Assembly (NCBI GenBank): GCA_000165425.1
Contig: CT868665.1
Location: forward strand, 1-64,000
DNA: 64,000 nt
Direction: 5' to 3'
Source of the DNA: Paramecium tetraurelia
Lineage: Eukaryota
Within the stretch, counting starts at the first letter, position 1; every line of letters starts with the position of its first letter. Below are positions 1 through 13,163 of this stretch, piece after piece. The notes beneath the pieces are model-generated. The model was not told where the DNA came from, ran no database searches, and worked only from the letters and a program-made list of their open reading frames with translations. A program made the translations under genes and the position numbers.

Positions 1-64
1 CCCCAACCCAAACCCAAACCCAACCCCAACCCTAAACCCCAACCCCAACCCCAACCCCAACCCC
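1..64. repeat. Macronuclear telomere, mixed CCCCAA/CCCAAA repeats (Paramecium-type G4T2/G3T3)
   Basis: Parses as ccccaa|cccaaa|cccaaa|cccaa|ccccaa|ccctaaa|ccccaa x4|cccc at the very start of the window. Confidence 0.97.
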
Positions 65-2136
65 TCAAATTTGTTTTTATATTCTATTGCTTCGACATTC
101 CATAAGCCTATAAATTTATCTTAACCACTTGATGCTAATGTATTATCCTCAGGAGAGAAACAGATTTAACAAACCATACTATTATGACTATTGAATTTGG
201 CTAATTATTATCCTGTTTTAACATCCCATAAACGAATAGACTTATCAGAACTACCAGAAGCTAATTAAGTACTATTAGGAGAGAAACAGACTGAATTAAC
301 CCCATTGCTATGACCATCTAATTTGGCTTTTAATGACCTAGTCTCTACATCCCATAAACAAATAGAGCTATCATAACTACCAGATGCTATTTTTGATCCA
401 TCATGAGAGAAACAGACTGAATTAACTTTACTAGAATGACCATCGAATTTAGCTATTTATACTTTTTTTCTAATATCCCATAAACGGACTGAGTTATCGT
501 TACCATTAGATTCTCCACTGCCTGATGCTAAATTAGTACCATTAGGAGAGAAACACACTGAATTCACACCATTAGTATGACCATCTAATCTGGCTGCTTA
601 TAATCCTGTCTTTAAATCCCATAAACGAATTGATTTATCAATACTACCTGATGCTAATGTAGCACCATCAGAAGAGAAACAGACAGATTGAACTGAATTT
701 GAATGGCCATCTAATTTGGCTGTTTATAATCCTCTCTTTACATCCCATAAACGAATAGACTTATCAATGCTACCCGATGCTAATTTAGTACCATTAGGAG
801 AAAAACAGACTGAGTTCACACCACAAGTATGACCATCTAATTTCACTTTTTATTATCCTGACTTAACATTCCATAAACGGATAGAATTATCATCACTACC
901 AGATGATAAAGTCATACAATCTGGAGAGAAACAAATTGATCTAACAGAATTTGAATGACCATTTAATTTATTTAACTCATGTATTTTGATGTTTTTCCAT
1001 TTACAATTGATCAATTATGCTCCATTTAAATTCATCCCATTAACATTGACATTATCAAAATTAGATCCATCGAAATTGCATCTTGCAAAATTTCCTCCAA
1101 TCAAAGAAGTATCTCTAATTCTGATATTCTTAAAGCATTGTTCTTTCAAATCTGCCTTCATTTCGACTAATAAATTGAGTGAATTGGATCCACATTAGAT
1201 ATATTTCTCATCTATGGCAGTAAGTTGAATTAAGAATTTCAAAAATTCAATTATCTCTTTATCATCTTATGATATTTGTTTAATCAAGTCATTTCTTATT
1301 TATTCGTAAACTTCTGTAGAATAATTCTTCTTATAAAAGTCAGTTTCGCTAATATTTTATATAATTTTAGATATAATTTTCTACTAACTTTTATCTATAT
1401 TTTATTCAGAAATAAATTCTAAAAAATTTGTAATTTTGTTATTTTTAATCAATATGATTATCTTATTAAGGAAAGATCTATCAATATTCTTTGTATAAGT
1501 CAATACTTAATACAAATCTGCATTTCTGTTCACTATTTCTGTAATAGATTGAATTTTTCCTTAATAATTATTTGTCATTTATATTAATGACAGAATCCGT
1601 TTCATTTCTATATTGAACTTTTCACAAAAAGAGCTAATTTCCTTATAACAACACTTATTTTTTTCATGCAAATTCTTCAAATATAACTTTTTAGAATCGT
1701 TCTATTTATATAAGGTTTTTCCTAAAAAAATTTAGAACAATTTTTCTAACTCGGTGTTTGACAATTCTAATGGATTTACATTTTTGTTAGCGATATTTAA
1801 AAATGATATATCTTCCAACCCTGTCATCATATCATCTATCTGTTTATAGGATACCTCTATCTCATCACAAATTTATTTTAATAGAATTTGACTTGAAGAA
1901 AGCAGAGACTTGAAATTCATTCTTTGGGTTGATAAGTTAGATAATTCATTATCCTCAGATTCTTTAAATCTCTACCTAATCAATTCTTGAAATTTTTTTG
2001 CCGTGACTGTGTTTTTTTTAATATCTACTCCATGTTCATAGATGCAATCAACACACAATTTCCTTTAACGTTCACAATTGTGAGGATCAATGCATATTAT
2101 AGATACTTCAGTACCTATATGAAAAGCGCACTACAT
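65..2136 (-). CDS. Cys/His-motif + pentapeptide-repeat + WD40-repeat protein, 3'-truncated by the telomere
   Basis: Code 6 translation: [36 protein letters not shown]...; pentapeptide stretch [29 protein letters not shown] (~1000-1110); seven WD40 units of the type [34 protein letters not shown] (~65-960); no TGA before the telomere. Confidence 0.88.
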
Positions 2137-5100
2137 CAACTTAAAATTAATATTTAATTTAAGCTGCTTTGTATAAGTTATAAACTGAAAAAGCATCTTT
2201 TAAATTTTGTTGGGAAGAAAAGTAAACTTTGAGTTGATGTAAATTGTAACACTAAGTACTCCCATAAACTTGTGCATAGATTGATTTTTTAGTAATATAG
2301 AATAAAATATACAATATTTTTAGCAATATCATGACACTAACAAGATTAATCAATATCATAATAACGCTTCAATTTATGATTGAGCTTTTGATAATTCATT
2401 TTGTTTTTCCAAATATTATGATTTTCCTCTGAATATATAATATATTCTCCATTACATAATAAATGTATTTGTTAGTTATCTATCAATTCCCGTAACGAAA
2501 TACTTAGACTAGTATCAAAGAAAATAATTAGTCTAATTTAAGACAGGAATGGTCATTGCTGTCTCAGAAAGCAACTTTCTTAACTGGTGATCGTACTATA
2601 GTCGGCCACATGGAATGATTAGGTGTGAGTCAAAAGAGCTAAAAATGGCAGATTTCAAAGATAGATTTGAAGGGGTGTCATTTGAGATTTTTCTAAAAAG
2701 TGTATTTATATTATTGCTATCCAATTTCTAATTGAATGATCAGAAAAGTTAATCACTTTAATTTTTTAAAAACGTAGTTTGAACGTTCATACATACATAG
2801 ATCTTTAATAATACTTTATTATATCAACCTTGAAAGATATATATAACCATATATTTTTCTAAAATATCCTTTCTTCTTGAATCAAATCTTAACCCTAAGA
2901 TGAGTTAAATGATGATTTCTTGGGAAAACTCTCACTCAAAACTCTCTCCTTAATGATTTCTTTTGATCATTCTGGAATAGTTGATTTATTTATAAACCAT
3001 TTGCCTAAATTAAAACTCTTATAATTGGTAATACCTCGAGAATCTATATCTTAGTTAAACTCTCAAGATATTTATCTAACAAGTGATAATTAAGTTTATT
3101 TCTAAATAGACATTCTTTTGGTTATTTGCAAGCGAAATTCAAGCTTCTTTTTATGGCGATTCATATCCCCAGGTATTTAAATTTACTCCTATGTCTATCA
3201 GTTATAATCCAGAATTTTATGATTGTAACTAGTGAAGATTTCCGAAGAAGAATATCCTTCAAATCAATCAAATTACAATATAAGGAGATGTACTAAAAAT
3301 TAAAATTTAACTTTTAGTTTTGCCATAAATTAATCAGCAAAATTTTTTTTTCTTTAAGGCTGTTTTATATATTAAAATTCTCTTTAACTTTAATACAATT
3401 GAAAATAAAGATTTAAAGTCTTACACTTATAGCATAACATAGTGAATGTTATGAATATTTCCCTAAATGAATAACTTGATTGACTTATTATTGAAAAATT
3501 ATTATTTGATATGCATGTATGATACATTAATGATAATCCTCGCTCAACTTGGGATTATCAGATTATTTTAATCCCAAAACCATTTTAATTTTAATAAGAA
3601 GTTGGAAGCTAATAACATTTTTATAGAAAGTTTAAATCTCACAGGATTCTATGATATGAACTTATTGGTCAAAGCTTGAAGGAATATGAAAGGAATAATT
3701 ATAACAATAGGGGACATATTTAACCTTTTTAGCAGAATGAGATTGTAAACTGTGAAAGATGTAGCAAAGAAAGTGACCCTCTCTCTTTAAATAATAATAT
3801 TCTTATTTTTATTAAGCAGCAAAATCAAAGGTAAAGTAAAACTATTTTTTTTTGCAATTTTTCAGCCCATCAATAATCTTTACCTGATTTTCAGAAGAAG
3901 AATTAAAAAACATCATGATAATTTAAATTTATTGGCATTTATATTTTTTAATTCATCTTTAAGGTAACGTTTCAATAGGAGTATTCAAACATTACAAAGT
4001 AATAGTAGATTATACAAAATGGTATTTAACATTCAGCGATACATTTTTGTTTGTCTTAATCACAAAAAAACATTATTATAATATTCAGCAATCTCTTAGA
4101 TTATTTAAAACCAAGAAGTGATTTATCATATTTATTTATAGTTTAGAATAAACTTCTATTTTTACAAAAGAAATAACATTATACAGGGTTCATTCAATCT
4201 TAAGAAAAGTAGTTCATTATCATTAGTTTGATTAAACATATTTAAGAAACTGATTGGTTTCTTTAATCTCTTTTTACTATAAAATAATCATTGATGATTT
4301 AGATGATATATAAAATTCAATTTATTTGTGAATATAACAATTCATCATTCAATGTTGGTCTATTAAAGAAATAGAGTTTCTTATTATTTATTTTTACCAC
4401 AAATCAACTTCACATTATTTTTGGCTTAATTTTGACATACTAGTCTTTTTAGAATGTTTACAAAATATATAAACAACTTTACCAATTTTAATCAAATCCC
4501 CATATATACCCTAAACAACATTTTTTTTAAAATTATTCCCGCTATTATGGTTAAGGGAATTTTATTATAATTACAAATCAAATTACTTAGTAGAAAGAAA
4601 TTGCTGGCTATTTGATAATTTTTAATTTATCACTATCATGATTAATACGACGTACAGTTAACAATTATACTCTAATATTATTAATAATTTTGGATTTCAA
4701 AAATAAGAAATAATTTAAAAAATTGATGAATACTTCAATTATAATTTTAAATCGATTGACTTTTTCTTTTTCAAGAGTAATAGAATATTATAGGATTAAA
4801 TGAGTCTTACCCTTAAAATATTCTTTTTCATTCATTACCAAATTACTAGTTTCAAAAAGAAAAGGCTCTGTAATATTCAACACGTTAAAATTAATTTAGT
4901 GTATTAATACAATGCCCTTAGTTTTTTATTAATTGCCAATAGATTATTCAAAAAACCAGAGTACACCATACCAGAATTTTGATATTTCTTAATCATCATA
5001 AAGTTTCATTATTAAAATAGAATATATCTGTTACAATGATGTATTAATAAATTACAATAAAAATGACTTTGAGAATAGTGAATTAATCTCTATATCTTTT

Positions 5101-5301
5101 AGTGATCTACAAACAAAAATATTCATATTTTCGTATTATTTTCAGTTTGAATTAAAGGCTTTTTGAAAATTTAATAGATAATATTGATCTCTTTCATATT
5201 ATGTTCAATTCTGAAACCAAACTGAATTATTGTTGAACAAACTTGCCCAGTTAAACTCATTTTATTGATTATTATAATAATAGTAATATATTAATCATAT
5301 A

Positions 5302-6000
5302 ATGAACTAATAGGAGTAAGCAAAGAAATATGGCTTATGGCAAAATGTTAAGTCGGGAACTTATTTAGGCGGAATGGTAACAGGTAAAGGCAGTGTTTTA
5401 ACTAAGTCTAGATTGGCAATTTATGGTTTCTCTTCGATTGGAACAGTTGCTGGAAGTTTGCTGTATCCACTTATGGAAGGGTAGCAGCAGGATGTGCATT
5501 TGCTATAGCTTAGGGAGTAGGGGAATAGGAGTTATTGCTTTACTAGCTTTTGAAGGAGGATATGTTGCTTAAAAACATCTAGATATAAATGAACATTTAT
5601 TTGTAAGTTTGAACAATTTTTTATAAGATTATATGTTATGTTAGGTATAAATTGCTAAACTTTATATTATTTGCGTTTGACAATAATTCGTTGTATATTT
5701 AATATTTAAGTTATAAATGAATCTTAATTAATGAACAGCTGCAAAGATAATTTATTATTCAGGAAATTATGTCTTTGCATAAAAAATTCTATTTAAGAGA
5801 AATTACTTAAACATTGAAATTATATTTCCATATTTAATGAAATAGAATAGAATAATTAAGAAAGTTGAAGTACTATTGCAAATGCAATTTAATATTTATT
5901 AGAAGTCAAATAGATGGTTGTTTTTAATTAATGAATAACATTCTTAAGGAAAAACTTAGGAATTTCATAAGAATAAGAGTGAGTATCATCCTTTTGCTAA
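5302..6000 (+). pseudogene. Decayed gene remnant with a Gly-rich hydrophobic (glycine-zipper-like) segment
   Basis: GTYLGGMVTGKG...SIGTVAGSLL / GRVAAGCAFAIAQGVG / GIGVIALLAFEGGYVA lie in shifting frames, with several in-frame TGA downstream. Confidence 0.45.
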
Positions 6001-7335
6001 TTCAAATAAAGTTAAAAGGTTAGAATCACTCAATATTAGATGGAATTTTGTCTCTTATGTATTTAATAATATTTAAGATTAATTAAGTAAACATAGACTA
6101 TCAAAAGATAGAGTAACTGAAGGCAAGATTTCTATCAGTAATCTAGGTTAAAAATCAAAATATTGTAATATGATTTGTTTAACACATAATGTTACACTAT
6201 CAGCAACAGGAAAATGATTTCCCATTATAATCCTTCAAGATTTAAAATGAAGATAAAATTCATTCATTTAAACTAGCTTTAACTCCTAACAGCTAAGAAG
6301 AGCAATAGAAGAATTTTTTCTCAACTCTTTTTTAACTAAAGCTATTTCTCTAATTTTATGTCATTTTCTTTATCCTTTGGAATGCGAAAAAATCTTCTAA
6401 CACTTCTTTTTTTGCCTTAAGTTATATCAAGAGATTTGATTTTCCTAGTTTATATAATTAATCTACTCCATCTACTCCGAAGTGAATTGTTTCATCTCAA
6501 ATTTTTAAGGGCTATATTTCTTAAATATATCTGAATCAGGGTTGATTGATTTTAAAACATTAACTGCCCACTATTTATCAGGTTAATGTTTTTCATCTAT
6601 GCCCAACTTTGATTTTAGTTCAATTTGACTTACATCAATTCAAATATCACATCTTATTTTTTCACTCTTCTCAAAAGTACACCAATTCTGACATCTTCTG
6701 TTTCTGGTACATAACATTCATCGAATAGCACCTTCAATAAATAGTTGATGTTATGATCGATGAAGTAATTTTAGGCAAATATTTACTTTAAATTAGAGAC
6801 CAATATAAGCTGACTCAATGGAGGGAATCAGCTGATTAGCATCAACCCTAGTATTAAGAGTGGAACTTACTCAGCAATTTATTTATTCATAATGTTCAAA
6901 TGCAAATAGTATGATTTTTCATAAATAGATGTATTTAGTAAAATTTCAAAAGCAATCCTTGTTTAAAATATGACTTGCATTTTTTTATGTTTTTATTAAT
7001 TGAATAACTCTCCAAGATATGGGTTTATAACATTAATGTTCTATCAGAAAAATTTTATATTTTAACTATTTTGATTTGTGAGACAATAAAGCCCTTACTT
7101 CATTTAATTTCAATATGATATTTATTAAGGTTTTAATACTGTTGTCAACTTTTAATAGAGATTCTGAAATTTTTCTAGTTTTTTCTTAATTTTTATTTTC
7201 TAGGTCTTTTTCCAACAATTATAATTTAAAATTTAATTTAGATTTTTGAAGTTTTCATTAGATCAGTTAATATAAGTTTCTAAGGTGGAATTATTTTAAA
7301 TTAAATGACTTATTAAAAACATACATATTAATAAT

Positions 7336-8838
7336 TCATGGTTTTATAATCTCATCATACCCAACTTTACAATATTATACATTTTTAAATCCATTAGCTA
7401 TCAATAAAGTACATGCAATTTTTGCTCTTTATCCTGTTCCACAATAAATATTAATTTACTAATTTTTATTTAGTCTTTCCATATTACTCAATAGTTCGTT
7501 AAGAGGAAAAAATTTAGCAGTGTCTAATTTACCCTTTCTCCACTCTTCAAAAGATCTAACATCAATAATCTATTCTGAACCCTATTGCGAGATATTCAAT
7601 AAAGCCTGTTTTTCTAATTCAGTTGGTTTGGTTATTATTTCTCCAGCCTATTACCATTCTTCAAAATACATGTATCCTAATATATTATCATAACCTATTC
7701 TTGATAATCTCATAATAGTTTGTTCCTCTGTACCTTTTTCACATACTATAATAACTTCTTTATTATGAGGCAATAAAGTTCCAACCCAATGAGCAAAAGG
7801 AATTTGTAATGGAACATTGATAGATCCTGGAATAAATCCTTCAGCAATTGAATTTCTAGAATCAATAATTTAAGCTGTCTTTGTTAATTTTGCATCTTGT
7901 GGTGATAATTTTTTATTTGACTTCTTTAGAATCTCATTTAAATCTGAAGTAAAAGTATTCTTATTCAACCCAGCGTTATAAAAGAAATATTGAGGAGGTT
8001 TAGGTAAATCCCTCACTACTTCCGTAACAAATGTCTCGTAATCCATAGGCTAAAGCGCATAATTATTCTTCTTTTAATTCCCCATAGTGCAATAATAACC
8101 TGATGAAATATTCTTTCCACAGGCTGAACCTTAACCATGCCCAGGATACACAAATACATCATCTGGCAATGGCATTAGTTTCTCTCTTAAAGATTTGAAT
8201 AACATAATCGCCAAATCATATTGACTCAAATCAGTCTTTACTGCCAAATCAGGTCTGCCTACCTCTCCCAAGAATAAAGTATCTCCAGTGAATAAACTAT
8301 ATTTTTGTCAAATATTGATACCTATGTTTTTTACCAGTTCTATCATGCAACAAAAAGCATGTGGACTCTTATGTATGACCTGGTGTATGAAGGGCCTGAA
8401 TCTTTATTTATCCAAAATGTAGCATTTCTCCATCTTTCATTGTTTTATTGATGAAAGGAGCTTCTGCATTAGGTCCCATTATCACTTAAGCTCCTGTTTA
8501 ATTTTTTAGACTCACATGACCAGCTACAAAATCAGCATGGAAGTGAGTTAATAGAACATATTTAATTGTTGCTCCTCTCTCTTTTGCAAGGTCTCTATTA
8601 AAATAATATATTAAAATTACATATAGGGTTGAATATCTCTTAAGGGATCTATGATGATGGCCTCCTTATTTGATTCTATATAATAAGCGTACTCTGCTAA
8701 ACACCCTGTAAAGAGCTATTGAGTATAGAGTCCTTCTCCAATTGTTTCACTTGACTTTAATTAAACAGACTTGGAGTATTAGAAGTATTATTAGGAAACT
8801 AACCTCATTCCTCTGCAAACCTGAACAATTTTTATCAT
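7336..8838 (-). CDS. MBL-fold persulfide dioxygenase fused to rhodanese domains (CstB/Blh-like), probable mitochondrial presequence
   Basis: [68 protein letters not shown] and C-terminal YCGTGQRA; two tiny introns (~8597-8622, ~8299-8323). Confidence 0.9.
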
Positions 8839-9197
8839 TGTTTTATTATTCAGATTGACTATTATGAAATCCACATTTAAACCCAATTAAATAAGATATT
8901 AATCCTTTAATATATATTTAATTCTAAAATTGTCATTTTTAAATAAAATTTGATAAAAATAAAAACCATTCGTAAATAGATAACTTTGTATTATTTCATA
9001 AATTATTATATAAATATTTTTACGATGACGCATCAAGTTTTTGAGCTTATTTCCCCAAATTAATTGTACTTTAATTCCTAGAACATTATCAAATCGCATA
9101 CAGACCCACTAAAGCAATAAATATAACACACATAATAAAAATTATGTGTTCATAGCAATAATTTGATATATTTAATTTTATAAAATTAACAGCAAAC

Positions 9198-10581
9198 ATG
9201 AATAGAACACCAAGTTTTCGATAAGCAGCTAATAAAGAAAATTTATTTATTTAAATTGCTAACAAAAAATCACAAAGCATAGGCTCAAAAGTAATAAAAA
9301 GCGAAACCTCTAAATATGCTGATGAACATTATGAAGACTTAATTAAAAAAATTTATTAACTAGATTAAGAAAATAATAAACTTAGAGAATTGCTGAAAAA
9401 ATCTAATTATTTACAATTTAAATTTGTGGATTTGTCTAAAAGCGACATTTATCTCCATTCCTTTACTGATATTAAAAATAGGAGTTTAGATGTATTATTA
9501 TATTAATAATTAGTTAAGCCTAGACGAATTAAAAGGGATTAATCAAGGAAGAAGCAATGAGATGCTATCATAGAAAAAATCCTCTACTCCAAGGTAAAGC
9601 TTAACAGCAAAATAAATTTAAATATAAAAGCAAAGAAATAATTTAATTAACTCCTACACTTAAGATTTAATTTAAGATTAAACTACATTTGATTACTTAA
9701 TTCCTGATGAAGTTTAGGAATAAGAGAATTGCTTTTAAGAATTTTATAAAGCTTTACTTATAAATGTAGTCAATAAAGACATGAGAATATTTAAACACAT
9801 TGATTAAGTAGTAGAGCAGGAGTTGAAATAAAATTTTTAAGCAAATTGTCAAAATTATGATAAGCAAAAGACTCTTTTAAGCAATTTACTTTAATTATTG
9901 AGTAATATGTAAAATTATTGTTGTGGAGAGCATCCAGATAATTAATTTATAATGAGAGCTTATAAATAGATGCAAGAAATAATAGGATCTATGTTCAGAA
10001 TGTTTGAAAAAATGAAGCTTCATATTTTACCTTTAAATCATATTTAATTAAATTTTCAAGAGAGAATCAGTGAAATTGATAAGCTTTAAGAATAAACTGA
10101 ATATGCTTAATAATAATTAAGAAAAGCATCAATTATAATTGAGCATCTCAGCAAAGAGAATTAATAATTAACAATACAAAATAAGGAGTATTAAGACTTT
10201 TTCACCTAAATCAGTTATAAATTATAGATAAATGAAGATACATCTTAGTTAAAACAGAGTTTGGATTCTTTAATGAATAAATGTATAGATGGAATTATAA
10301 AGCTTCAAAATTTTGAATTTCAGAAATGTCGAAAAATAGAAAAAATTAGTCCAGTTCAAAATGATTAAACTGATCTATAATAAAAACTGAAAATAATTTA
10401 AGATAAATATGAGAAATTGAAATAAAAGAACAACAAGAATAAAGAAAAATTTAAGTTTTGTTTAAATAAAATATATGATTGCTTTGAATAAAATGTTAAG
10501 CAAGATTACTTTTAACAATTAACAATTGAAGAATAAGTGCAATTTTTGTGCTAAACTATATGCCAAATAAAAACTTAATGA
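9198..10581 (+). CDS. Uncharacterised coiled-coil protein
   Basis: MNRTPSFRQAANKENLFIQ... open in code 6 with one small intron (~9493-9513); Q/E/K-rich heptads; TGA at 10579-10581. Confidence 0.7.
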
Positions 10582-10650
10582 TAATAAGATATTACAATTT
10601 AATATTATTAAGAAATATATATATGATTAAATTAATCAATTATGATTTGT

Positions 10651-12591
<1,941 letters not shown>

Positions 12592-12690
12592 TATTTTATA
12601 AGACTGTATTTTGTTTGGTAAATTAAATGACTACTCTCGTTCTTCAACAAGTTTTAAATCAAAAGATAGAAGAATCTAGAAATTTATAAT

Positions 12691-12710
12691 TCTCTAGAAA
12701 TTTCTGGAAA
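12691..12710. promoter_or_regulatory. Heat-shock element (inverted nGAAn array) about 105 nt upstream of HSP70
   Basis: aGAAa-tTTCt-gGAAa at 12696-12710, plus an imperfect tCTCt unit at 12691-12695. Confidence 0.7.
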
Positions 12711-13163
12711 AATAATATTCTGGTGATTTCTTTGTTCAATTATAATTAACTTGTTAAATAAAACTAATAAATATAATCTATTCTATTTATTAACTTAGAG
12801 TAAAATCATATTTAGTTGGTTTAGATGATAGGAGAATATTATTTTTAGATCATTCATTGACAGATTGACAGGATTTATATTACATGTTAAATTATAAATG
12901 TCTTTACTTTTCTCATTATTTCCTGTTTATTCCTAAATTCTCCTTTTAAGATTGAATGGAGTCTAGACAATCTTGCAATTATGATAACAAACTTAAAAAA
13001 TGAGATGTCATTTTTTATCATCAAGATTTACAAGTAAAATTAAACTACTATAGAAGAAGACTGTAAATCAATTCAGCTTTGTTTATTTTTGAACAAGCTA
13101 TTTGAGAAAATATATAATATCTGAAAAAGTTTATATAATATTTATATAAAATAGATAGTTACT

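Noticed and set aside
30..36. A single CCCTAAA unit suggesting a plant-type telomere
   Set aside because: One variant among C4A2/C3A3 units; likely misincorporation or low-quality end sequence
65..960. Regular ~126-nt repeats as a possible CRISPR array or satellite
   Set aside because: They are coding WD40 repeats with no repeat-spacer structure, in a eukaryotic context
5960..6000. EYHP resembling a DnaJ HPD motif
   Set aside because: No Asp and no recognisable J-domain helices in frame
9129..9150. ACACATAAT-aaaa-ATTATGTGT hairpin in a divergent intergenic region
   Set aside because: Short AT-rich stem that is plausible by chance; no other support
12780..13130. Coding-looking sequence between HSP70 and the kinase-like gene
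   Set aside because: All frames I tried hit TGA quickly; no recognisable motif
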